From NCBI GenBank assembly GCA_030265395.1, contig JARFYF010000057.1, positions 21,458,486-21,522,485 on the forward strand: 64,000 bases of DNA. Reading direction: 5' to 3'. This stretch comes from Rhina ancylostomus. Taxonomy: Eukaryota. Under the pieces are notes generated by a model. It made no database searches. It was given only the letters and a program-made list of their open reading frames with translations, and was not told the DNA's origin. How positions within the stretch are numbered: the first letter of the stretch is position 1; each line of letters opens with the position of its first letter. This document shows, one piece after another, positions 12,004 through 23,100 of this stretch. The position numbers were made by a program, and so were the translations under genes.

Positions 12004-14014
12004 ATGGAAAATCACTAGCTCTGCTTCCTACCTAGCACAGGAGGGTATCTAGCATCTCTGTTTCCCAGTTTTGTAAAAGGCATCTGTATAATCATCTGTG
12101 TGGCTGAAGTGATTATGTGCATTGAATCAATCTTTCTGATCCTGTCATGATATCTGCTGGACTGCACTATTTAAAAGGAGAGAGGTGAGACATCTGTCTG
12201 ATCTACCAAGCTGAAATTCATATTGTATCCCTCATGAGTCCTGAGGTTCACCACGTTCAGGGAGCATTTTCCCGTATATTTCAGTGTACTCTTGTTCTTC
12301 ATTGACAGTACATAATTCGTTGATTCCAACTGCAGCATCTCAACACTGATGACTTTTGAGGAAATTATACATTGCTTCAGAATCAAGCTGAAATGTCACT
12401 GGTTACCCTTCCCCTTGCATCAATGTCTTGACATCCAGGAGATGTTCCTTTTCCAGAACTAACTTTGTTTGACAATAGGTACATTGTTTTCAACTGATGT
12501 TCTGAATTTGACCCTGTCCCTGATCCTCCACAGCTCATTTCATCCACTGCATGGAGTTTTGATGTCTATTGTACACTGTTTGTAGGAATCCACATTGTGT
12601 ACATTCTTTCCTACATAGGAAATATTTTTTTTAGCCATTCATGTTGCCATCTACAACACTTGTGACATCTGGGCAGCCTTGGCACAGCTCTACCTGTTCT
12701 ACCCTTTGTCTCACACATCAGCACATGTACATCCTGTGTTGGTCATCCAGTTATTTTGTAGCCTGGCTCTGGAAAGCTCTACAGCTTTGTACATCTCTAA
12801 ACACTTTCCAGATTGAATTCTGTCCTATTCCCTCCAGCTGACCTCTTCAATTCCACAATTGGCCAAGCTCTCATGACCAAATCCTTCAAAACTATGAAAT
12901 TTCCATTATCTGCTAACAAGCTTAGCTCCATTATTAAAGTATCAAAGGATTTTCCTGTTCCTGGTTACGTGTAAACACCTGGTTATGGTTAACTGTTTAA
13001 TTGCTAGCAGGATTGTCAAATGTTTATGATCCATCAAGGGCACACTCCAGGGATCCATTTTCAGGGCTGTTTAGTTGGGTACAATGCTTCCTTCCACTGT
13101 CCATTCTTTAGATAGATTACTTGTCTGAAAATTCAACTGTTTGGGTGCTTTATTTGTTCCATCACATACACTCGCAAGTGAATCACAGAGCTCACTGTCT
13201 CTCAGTAGGCATCCGTGTCTTAACTCCATGGAGAGGGATTAGATCAGGTGTATGATATCTTGAATCAGTCATGGCATCTATATCTTGTATTTCATTAACT
13301 GACACTTCTGACACATTGTCTCAGTTCCATTCTAAGATACTTGAAATAGTTGGAAATTTAAACTATCAACAAAAGTATTTTATTTATGAACCATCTTATA
13401 GAGCCAACTAGCTGCTTCTAGTTTTGTTTATAAATTAGCCTACGTCTTGAACCTTTCTCACCAACACTAGACATGTGGTTAGTCACATGAAAATATCCTT
13501 CAGAGGGTGACAGTATTGAAGGAACCATCCATGGGCCCAGATGACATATACAGTATGTATATTACAGAGCAGGTGGATACTCAGGATCGTGGATATGGTG
13601 CTTTGACCAGGACAATGTCAAGCTGATTTAATGCTGTTGAACTTCCAGCTACCTGAGAAAATGGAGCATCCCATAACTTCTGACTAATGGGATATCCAGA
13701 AGTAAGCTACTTTCCTCAGGATACTCAGACCCTGACCTGTTGCAATAGCCACAGCATTTATTCTCCTCATCTATTTGAATTTCTAATTAATGGTAATCCT
13801 AGAGACATTAACGGTTGAACTCTCAGCAAGAATAATATAACTGAATGTGAAGGAGAGTTGATGATCACTCATTGGAGTTGATCATTATTTGTGATTAGAC
13901 TACTTCATTGATCACTTTGTAACATCTTAAGGTCCATAAAGGGAGATTATAAATAAAAATTATTTCTTTCTAAACCACGATCTAATTGCAAGTTATTCTA
14001 ACTGATTTAGTTAG

Positions 14015-14270
14015 AGGAGAGAAAAACACAACACCTGAAGAACTCCATGGCTCAAGCAGCATCTGTGGAGGCAAAAGGTGTGAGTCGAATTTACAGGTGG
14101 AGACCCTGCATCGGGACTGAGAGCGAAGAGGAAAGATTGCCAATATATAACGGTAGGAGGGAAGGGTGAGACAGAGCCTGGTGGGTGATAGGTGGAACCA
14201 GATGGAGAGAGAATGATGAGCAGATGGATCCAGGTGGGAGGAGGGAGGGGGGGGGGATGGGAAAGGTGAA
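14015..14270 (-). mobile_element. Penelope-like terminal repeat fragment
   Basis: AAGAACTCCATGGCTCAAGCAGCATCTGTGGAGG..GAGACCCTGCATCGGGACT followed by a purine-rich tract. Confidence 0.65.
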
Positions 14271-14599
14271 CAACAGGAATAACTCTTCTGTCTTTTTGAA
14301 GCAGAGCTGTAGGTACTCTGATTACTCACCATCTTGTCTCGACCCTGGATCCAGTCTATTGCTTAGCCAAGATTCAAACCAGCCATGTTCATGCTCTGGC
14401 ATTGTACTCTCTCATAAACTGAAGCTACACCTCCACCATTCACAACAGGTTACAGCAGAGACATGAGATTCAACCACGCATGAAGTTCACCAATATATTA
14501 AAAATGGGTTCTTGGGAGTGACTTAAAAGCAGTAATCTTATCTCAGGTTCACACAACAGATGTAAACTTTTTGAACTTTGTTCTCAATAAGGAAAAAAA

Positions 14600-14800
14600 A
14601 CATATTTATTGTTTTGTAAAGTTGAAGTATATTGTACCCTATATGATTTTGCATATTTAAAAATACTTTACTGCCAGTGAGGTAATTTTTGGATTGCAGT
14701 CACTGTAGAAAATTGAGCAGCTATGCGGAGCAATGACCCGCAAACAGCAATGAAATGATGATCATCTGATCTATTTTTGTAGCATATTGATTAAGGCATC
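14600..14800 (-). mobile_element. DeuSINE 3' fragment
   Basis: Reverse Deu motifs GCAGTCACTGT..CAAACAGCAATG..ATGATCATCTGATC. Confidence 0.55.
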
Positions 14801-15189
14801 AAGAGGTGATGTTCCCATGTCTCTCGAAGGGGACATAGAGATGGGTGTGAGACTGGGACAATTGGAATCCATGAAAGTTCTTTTGCTTTCCTCTTTCAGC
14901 CTTTGCCTTGCATTATTTCTTATTTTTTTATATTTCTTTGAAGCCATTCCCTTCCATCTTTGGCCAAAGATTCCATCCTTTTCTCAGAGAAATTATCTGG
15001 GATTAAACCATACAGTTCAGAAGCATGGTGTCATGTTAGACACTGTTAAGTTTTGGATTACATTTCTAAACCATTTCCAAGTCTGCCTTTTCAATCATTG
15101 TATTATTGTCTGATTCTATACCCATTTCAGCCAACCTGCTGCTTCTTCTCCTTCTAGTCTTCAATTGTCCCACTCATCCCTGGTCAGCT

Positions 15190-15760
15190 TACCTTGTTCT
15201 ACTTTTTGTCAACTTGAGGTCATCCAAAACTTTGCTGCCTGTGCCCTAACTTGTACCACATCTCATTATCCATCACCCCGATCCTGCTGACAGACGTTAG
15301 CCCACATTTCCACAATACCTAAGTTTAAATTTATCATTCTTGTTTTTAAATTCCTCCATGGCCTCCTGCCTCCCTACATCAGAAACCTCCAGCCCTGTAA
15401 CACTCTTGTGTATCTACACTTATACACTTCTGGCCTCCTGACCATCTTTGAAATATAGAACATAGAACACTACAGCACAGCACAGGCCCTTCGGCCCACA
15501 ATGTTGTGCCAACATTTTATTCTGCTCTAAGATCTATCTAACCCTTCCCTCTCACATAGCCCCCTATAAGTGTTCCCGAGCCTTCAGCTGGCAGGAATTA
15601 TTTCCCCAGTCTTCACCATCAATCTATCTCTCTGCTTCTTTGACCGATCCCTTGTCATCTGCTTTATTATTGACTCATTGTCAAAATTTGTTTGCTAATG
15701 ATCTTGTAAAAAACCTTGGGACTTTTTGCTATGTTAAAGCTGCTTTCTTAAGCTGTTATT
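15190..15760 (+). mobile_element. L2-like LINE 3' region interrupted by a reverse CR1 tail at about 15455-15565
   Basis: CATCCAAAACTTTGCTGCC..TTTAAATTCCTCCATGGCCTCCTGCCTCCCTAC; the insert starts ATAGAACATAGAACACTACAGCACAG. Confidence 0.65.
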
Positions 15761-15961
15761 TCTTAGTTTAGAACGTTGATCTGTGAACTAACTGAGGTAT
15801 TTGAATACAAAGAGATCTGATAGGGTAGATGCAGAGAAACTATTTCAATGCTGAATCTATTCAAAACAAGAGTGCTTTCTCTTACACTATACCTTACCCC
15901 TTGAGCAATGAAATTAGTTTTTCACACAAATGGCTGTGAAAATCTGGAACTCTATTCACCA

Positions 15962-16500
15962 ATTTCCCTGAACGTGGTGTCACAGGTAGACAGGGTGGTG
16001 AAGAAGGCTTTTGGTACACTGGTCTTTATCTGTCAGCGCATTGAGTACAGAAGTTGGGATGTTATGCTGCAGTTGTACAAGATGTCCATGAGGCTGCACT
16101 GGGAATATTGTGTTCAGTTTTGGTCACCCTGCTATAGGAAAGATGCCACTCAGCTGGAAAGATTGCAGAGGAGATTTACGATGATGTTGCCAGGACTTGA
16201 AGGACTGAGTTACAGAGAGAGATTGAGTAGGTTGGGACTTTTTCCATTGGAGCACAGGAGAACGAGGGGTGATCTTACAGAGGTGTATAAAATTATGATG
16301 GGCATAGATAAGGTGAATGTGCACAGTCTTTGTCCCAGGGTTATGGAATCAAGAACTAGAGAGCATAGGTTTAAGGTGAGAGAGGAGAAATTTGATAGGA
16401 ACCCGAAGGGCAACTTTTTCACCTCAAGAGTGGTCTGTGTGTGGAATGAGCTGCCAGAAGAAGTGGATGAGGCAGGTACATTAACAGCATTTAAAAGGTT
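15962..16500 (+). mobile_element. CR1 LINE ORF2 C-terminal fragment (accounts for the 219-aa ORF at 15908-16567)
   Basis: QVDRVVKKAFG..LQLYK..EYCVQFWSP..LERLQRRFT..LSYRERLSRLGLF..RGDLTEVYKI..VWNELPEEV is the canonical CR1 ORF2 tail. Confidence 0.92.
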
Positions 16501-16597
16501 CCCGGACAGGGGAATAGTTTTTGGCTTGTTAGACAGCCTGAGATTTCAGAGCCTGTGGACTCATTAATATTTGTTTACATCGTCTTTTCCAATCACA

Positions 16598-16990
16598 GTT
16601 GGTCTTGAGTGTAGGAGACTGAGGGGTGATCTTATAGAGGTGTATCAAATATTCAGGGGTATAATTTGGGTCCTTTGCCCATGGTTGGGGAATCAAGAAC
16701 TAGAGGGTATAGGTTTAAGGTGAGAGGAGAAAGATATAATAGGACCCTGAGGTGCATCTTTTTCACACAAGGTTTGTACATATATGGAATGAGTTGTAAG
16801 AGGAAGTGGTTAAAGCAGGTACAATAACAAGATTTAAGAGACATTTGGACAGGTATGTGGATAGGAAAGATTTAGAGGGATATGGGTCAAATGTGAGAAA
16901 ATGCAACAAGCTTAGGTGGGTGTCTTGGTCGGCATGGGCAAGTTGGGTTGAAGGGCCTGTTTCTGTGCTGTCCGACTCTATGACTCGAAA
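16598..16990 (+). mobile_element. Second, tandem CR1 3' end
   Basis: GAGGGGTGATCTTATAGAGGTGTAT..FKRHLDRY..GAAGGGCCTGTTTCTGTGCTG..GACTCTATGACTC tail. Confidence 0.9.
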
Positions 16991-17104
16991 GGCATGGAAC
17001 ATTTGCACAAACTGTAATTAAAACTTGTGTACGCTTTTGGTGGGAGGTTGGAGATGAAATTGATCCCATTCACACCATCTCGCCAACCCCAACCCCTCAA
17101 AAAA

Positions 17105-17240
17105 GTTGAGACACAAGAGACTGCAAATGTTGGAAACTGGAACAAAACTAACTGCTGGAGGAACTCAGCAGGTCGGGCAGCATCTGCCGAGGGAAATGAA
17201 CAGATGACATTCTGAGTTGAGACCCTTCATAAGACCCCAA
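17105..17240 (-). mobile_element. Penelope-like terminal repeat fragment
   Basis: GCTGGAGGAACTCAGCAGGTCGGGCAGCATCTG..GAGACCCTTCAT. Confidence 0.7.
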
Positions 17241-17639
17241 AAAAGGTTGACCATCACCCTATGTGTGCAAGAACTTCGTGAGATAATAGCTTTAACCTTT
17301 CTCTTTGGGCTATCCATCATTTAAAAAAATACAATTCTCTTTTAACACTGAAACCTGCAGACGATTTTACATCGATTTATATTCTACCTGAGACTCTAAC
17401 ACTGCGCAAAAAATACTAACTGTAAAATATAACAATTCTAATCGTCCCCCTCCCCCCCCATCCATCCCCCATCCTTTTGAAAGGCTGTATAAGGAATCTC
17501 TGCACAGAGACTGATAGACAATGAAGATAATTCAGTGCATGGGGTGGGGAGGGTGGTTGAAAATGCAAGGCCCCCATGTTTAGTTACATTAACAGGTTTT
17601 TAAAAAAATTATATATAAACAAAAACATTTTTTTCCTGA

Positions 17640-18520
17640 CAATGATTAAAATGGCCCTGGGTAGCGGGCTCACTTCCGCATCACGTGGCCGGGTTTCATT
17701 CATTACGTCGCCTTGTGGGGGGTGCCGCTCCGACGTCCTACTCGCCCTGCTTCAGTTTGTTACAGTGTCGCTGTGCTGTTGCATTCGGCAACGTTGTATC
17801 CCGACTGAGGGAACGGGGGGGGTAAAGGAAGGGCAATTTCTTCCCCCCATCCAACCTCCAGGAAAAAAAAGCCAAGTGGGAAGGAGGAAAACCAGAAGGA
17901 AGGAAGCAAGGAACAAAGAGACACGCATTGAGCAATGCGCAGATATGTTTCGCTACTAAATCCAGCGACTCCCACCAACGTCGCCTCTTGAAAAGCCGAA
18001 GCTGTACAATGTATCGTGACTGCATTATGAAAGATAACAAATAAACCCTTCCGCGGTTTGAACTCACTTGTACACACACAAAAAAGGAAAACGTGCGGGA
18101 AGTGTCGGCGGAAACAGTCTATCTGGCTTTGTTTTACCCTGCAGACTGAACGCATATACGCAGCAATTTTCTTTTTGTTGTTGGTTGGATTTCCAAGGGA
18201 CGGTGTTTCATTTTCTTAAACAAAAATTGGGGGAGATCTACGTTGCCAGGAGGAGAAGGGGGGCGATGTATCCGCAAGCTAGACAGTCGGTAAGTGAGTT
18301 GTGGCGGTGCGCACGTTGCAGTTTCACCCAGTTAATTTCACTTTTTCTCCCCCCGTCTTGTCGGACTGAAAATATTGATGAGAACCTGACCGGTTCTTCG
18401 CTGTGCAGGAGTACCCTCATTGCAGTTTACAGAGCATTACCAATCAGTCCCCCGTCTTCTTCCCTCCCCACCATGTCTTGACATTCATTCAGTTCTCTAC
18501 AACCCGAGCGCTTTATTTCA
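17640..18520 (+). promoter_or_regulatory. CpG-rich promoter, 5' UTR and exon 1 region of the TLE5-like gene
   Basis: Sharp rise in CpG density against a CpG-depleted background; YY1-like AAAATGGCC, ETS ACTTCCG (17672-17678), E-box CACGTG (17682-17687) and CRE-like TTACGTC (17703-17709) are clustered; contains the start codon at 18266. Confidence 0.8.
18266..18289 (+). CDS. TLE5: Groucho/TLE family co-repressor (TLE5/AES-like), coding exon 1
   Basis: ATG TAT CCG CAA GCT AGA CAG TCG = MYPQARQS, followed by donor GTAAGT; 24-nt phase-0 first coding exon as in TLE genes; lies in the CpG-rich region. Confidence 0.88.
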
Positions 18521-19819
18521 TTTCTGATTTGTACATCAAAATGCCCTCGATTATTTAACTGCTAGATCCCATCTGTAGCTTAAAAGAGAAATGTTCATCC
18601 ATCTTTTCGTAAGATTTGTAATTATGCTCGTTTAGATCCGTTACGGACTTTGACATCTTTTGTTTCTGACTGTTGTTGTTAAATGTGCTTTTTTAGAATC
18701 ATTTTTTGTTGTCCCAGCGGTATTACTGGCATAGTTGAAGCAAGGTACATAGAGAAAATACGTTTTGCAGCCAAATAGTTAATTTGGGAAATCAAAGATG
18801 GAGGTGGGATATTTTTGTATCGACCACAATTGCCTTTTAATTGGGGAGAAGTTTTTATGGTCGCGTTAGGATTTTCAGGGTAACCGTAAGAGAGTTGCCT
18901 CCTCCTTCACGTGACCTTTAACCCATCCTTAGATCAGCACATCCAGTGTCCATTTTGTCTGCAATATTGAAGATTTATAATTCAAGCCTGTAATATCAAA
19001 TGCTGGTTTTAAAACCTAACTCTAGTCCACTGCATCTTAAATATTTCGTAGTGAAGCTGGTGCAGCGGGAAGGAGAAAGTCTAGAATGCTGGAGTCTGTT
19101 CACTGTTTTTTTTCCTCTGTTCAGTCAGGATGGCTGTGCAGGAATGAATGGGGGAGCAAGCAGATAACCTTGTGTTGGGACAATGCATAAGTGTTCTTTT
19201 GACCTGTTCATCTAAGTTCATTTCCTTTTGCACATCCTTACTTCCTGGAGGTACTGGGTTATGACTGAGGTGCTAATCTGAGTCTTAATACCTTGCCCAT
19301 AGGTCCTTCCTGTGTGTCTAAGCTTAGATATTGATTATACACAGTTTTATTGATGGTAGTCGAGGCTATTTTATCTTGCCCTGCCCTGGGCATCTTTCAC
19401 CAGGGATGTGCGATTATGTGGAGTTGGAAGATTGGCTGATATTTCCCATCTGGCACAGGGACAGACAGTAGTAGCTATTCATCAGAGAATGGGCATTGAA
19501 TCTAAGACCACTGTGTTTTGTATAGTTCACATTGCCAGAAAGGTTGGTTATCATTTGTAACAATTTCCCTTAGCAGTGGTGGTGCTTTTTAAAGTTGCAT
19601 TTTTTTTATTGCTGTGGAATGTTTCACAATCCTTGTAGTTATTAAGTGATCTTTAAGAGCTGCAATTTGAACTGGGTATGGTCTTGACAGTGAATTTTGC
19701 AACTCTTTCCTCTTCCTGTCCCCAACCACACACCAAGTCCTACCACCACCACCTCACCACTGGACTTGGCATCTTTCCACAGAACACTTTGAACAGTTTG
19801 GCTCAGAGATGATATACTT

Positions 19820-20180
19820 TGAGAACCTATTGCTGACTTTGCTGCAATTCCACAGATGGTAATTGTCTTTCAGCTGCTCTGCTGATTGACTTTACTTTGC
19901 ACCAGGAGGGCATATTGATGGTGAATGTCAGTTAACTACTCATCTCAGAGAATGAAACTTATCCAAAGTCAAAGGACCATTTGCAGTTCGTACCTGTATT
20001 TGCAGCCTCACTGGAGGGAGCCAGTAAGTTTGGGAATCTTGGCTGTCTTTGGTTCTTGTCCCTAGCATGATTCACATGCTGATTTCATCCCTCGTACTGT
20101 GGTTGAAGTCAGCTGATTGTGCCTAGGTCAGTGATTGAGCCTGGAACCATTTTGTTAACTGTGGTTCAATCCCACATTCA
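19820..20180 (-). mobile_element. LF-SINE-like relic, near full length
   Basis: Colinear reverse motifs GCTGACTTTGCTG..TCACTGGAG..GGGAATCTTGGCTG..GAAGTCAGCTGA..GATTGAGCCTGGAACC; matched from memory. Confidence 0.5.
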
Positions 20181-23100
20181 TGTGAATGGACAGGCCAACT
20201 TAGTCATGACAATGGTTTTTTTTAAAGAAACAAATCATTAACCCCATCCTTTCCTATTCTACCTCTGTTCTCAGGCAAATAACTTAATCTTGTAGCACCT
20301 GTCAAGACCTGTGCTCAGCAGTACAGAGACCCTGATGGGTGCAGTAGATGCCCAATTCAACAAGTCCTACCTGGATGTTTTAGTGGGAAGGGGGAAGTAT
20401 TTTCCTTGGCCATTGGTGAGCCTTTTGCTTTGATGTCATTCCATGGGTGCAATGTCATTTGTAATTACAACTTCTCTGCACCCTATTCAGCATTGAGTTC
20501 TCTTAGTTCTGTTGTCAACTGTTATTCTAACATCGGATGGCATGTCACTTGCAGGCTATTTAATGGCAATAAGTGAGATATTTAGCCAATTCTCTCTACA
20601 GGATGCTGAGGTCAAATAAAGCACTTTTGTTTCCCTNNNNNNNNNNNNNNNNNNNNNNNNNNNNNNNNNNNNNNNNNNNNNNNNNNNNNNNNNNNNNNNN
20701 NNNNNNNNNNNNNNNNNNNNNNNNNNNNNNNNNNNNAGGTCAAATAAAGCACTTTTGTTTCCCTCCTGCCTGAAATCGGATTTCTCAACATAAACTGAGA
20801 CTCAGACCTCTAATCTCCCAGATGAAATGCAGGGGTTTACCATGGCAATTAAAAACGGCTTGACTGCATGCATGCCATGGATATGGCAACATCTGTTGCG
20901 TGACCTCTGATAATCCAGGCAACTATGCTGTTGGAACTGCTTTCACATCCTGTCCCGAGTTTAAATCTGTAAAACTATGTTAGGCTTAACAAAAAGTGAA
21001 CTTTCAGTTGTATCGTGTAACAGTCTTGTGTAAATGGTACAGGGTTAATATTCTTTGCCAGTTAAGGCTGTTGCAGAACTAGCCCAGAATAGATGCAGAT
21101 TTTCATGCGTTTTAGTACAAAAATGGCTTGTGTTCACTTAACGTCACTTTTCTGCATGGAAAATTCCATGGTTCAAGGTTGGTGGTTTAGAGATGTGATG
21201 AACCGTAGGGATTTGAATTTTTCTCCAATCAATAAGGCTTCTTTAATAGGTTTACATTTTTCCCTTCACTGCATTGTGAAGCAATGCAAAAGGCAGAGAT
21301 TGAGATCTTGTATTTGGTGGTTGAAGCTCTGGGGGGGAGGGGATGTGTTTGCCTTTTGACCTTCAACTCCACCCCAGGGTTCTAGGTTTGCAGATGTCCA
21401 AAGGCTGTTTTTTAAAAAATTGCATAATTCATTTTAATTTTAAGCAAATTTAAGCTCCTGGCAATCAGTGGAATGACAGGGTTTGTTTAATTGCCAAGTA
21501 ATTTTAATTTGGTTACAATACTTATAAAGGAGCCAAATTTGATCATTTCAGTACCTTGTGCAAGGGGAGGCACAGAAAGGAAAATCAACCAGGGATCACT
21601 GACCTTTATCAAGCGATTCCTACATATGCTCATTGACATTGGGTGAAGAGGAGAATTTTGACTGGAATTCCTTGTATGGCAGAAGAACCAATTTGCCAGT
21701 CACTATCCATGATCCCTTGGGTGACGTCTCAGTGTGTAACATAATCTGTTCGGTTGATCTGTGGCATGAATTACTGCTGTCCGAGAAGAGAATATTTTTG
21801 GTGTTCATTGTGTAAAATGCAGCAGTATAAGCTCTATTTGTACACCAGCTACTTTTCCTGACGTTCATTTTTAAGGTTGGTTCACTTTCTTGTCACCCTA
21901 TTGCTCAAAGCCTGCAGAATAAAATGGGCTTTCCCTTTTGTTAAAACCACCCTGTGGCCATTTAGCTTTTCAAGTGCCCTCTGGATGGTTTGTGGTAAAA
22001 GTGCTAATTTAGCAATTCAGCCATGAATGTCCTTCAGAACCTGAATTGCTGCGCTTGTGTACAAATGGGAGCTTTGGGAGTTCTATGCAGTTGTCATTTC
22101 CTGTCCGATTTAGATCGGCTCAGAGAATGTCAGTTGCCTGTTCCCATACTAAGCGAGTGACAGACGCCTCAAATTGGCTATCTTGTTACTGGCACACCTG
22201 AGCATATATTGGTGAAATTGTAGAAGTGGGTCTTGAAAGCACTTGTGTTTGGATTGAAAATAATATCTACCAGGATATATGTTTAATTCCTTCCCTGTTC
22301 ACTCGCTTTTGTTCTTTGTGAATATTTTATTCTACTTGAAGATTCTACCACTGAGAATGAAAATTTTAAGTACTCAGTGTCAGCATCAGGCATTTCTGGC
22401 TTAAAAAATAACATTGGTGTTGTCTGAAGTTTATTCTGTTTGGACTAATGCTTCTCAGCTTCAGGGTTCCCAAATTCTGAGATTGGTAATTTACTGCTGA
22501 AAAAGTGGATGTACATTTAACTCCCAAAAAAGGATGGCAATTTCAATTGGTTCTTGCCACATTTTACCTGTGTTTCAATTAGGAATCTGCAATCCAGAGT
22601 TGTTCCGGTACAGCTTCCTCACCTTGGGCACAGGACTCCCATCAGCTTGCCCATGTGCTGTACATGTGGGCCTGATGTGAGCTGTGCCATTGATTTGAAA
22701 TCAAAGTATGAATTATTTCCAGGCTTCACAGGTCTCGGGCAGGACTTGGTTCTGCCTGCATTAGCATTACATCAATAAAATGTGGCAGTGTCATCAGGCC
22801 AGGAAAGCCCCGGGCGGGTTTCAGGTAGACTGGAAAGTCTGATCTCCTCTGCGCTTGAAGCAGGAACTGAATAACTGATCATTCATGGACTTTGGCAGGG
22901 GCGGTGGCTTTATACAGTAACTATCAGGGTTCAGTATTTGTCACCACAATGTGCAGATGGGTAGATTGGAGCAAGCTATGGTATAGTCCACAGGCATGGA
23001 AATAGCTTGTTCTCAGCAGGGAGGTGACCACAGGTGACTGGGAACACGAGCTGCACTGCAGCATGAGATTCATGCCTCGGGATACAAAAAGGAAAGTTCT

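Larger units (their letters stand above)
9360..13560 (-). mobile_element. Decayed Ty3/Gypsy LTR retrotransposon (PBS, gag, RT), interrupted by later insertions
   Basis: Minus-strand PBS relic TGTGTCAGAAGTG at 13303-13315 (tRNA-Leu type); gag-like SFDTLIMELSLLA at about 12.9 kb; RT KLRIHLEPGDCNRILKRSYHPKKTIEDILPNL at 10030-10130; RT linker TDIAGVQRFLGFVNHLNKFLPSL at 9570-9640. Confidence 0.75.

Noticed and set aside
17576-18155. Overlapping 113-131 aa ORFs on both strands in the promoter
   Set aside because: No recognisable domain; long open frames are expected in GC-richer promoter/UTR DNA.
18068-18481. 137-aa ORF overlapping exon 1
   Set aside because: Only MYPQARQS is coding; the frame runs through the GTAAGT donor into the intron and has a non-ATG start.
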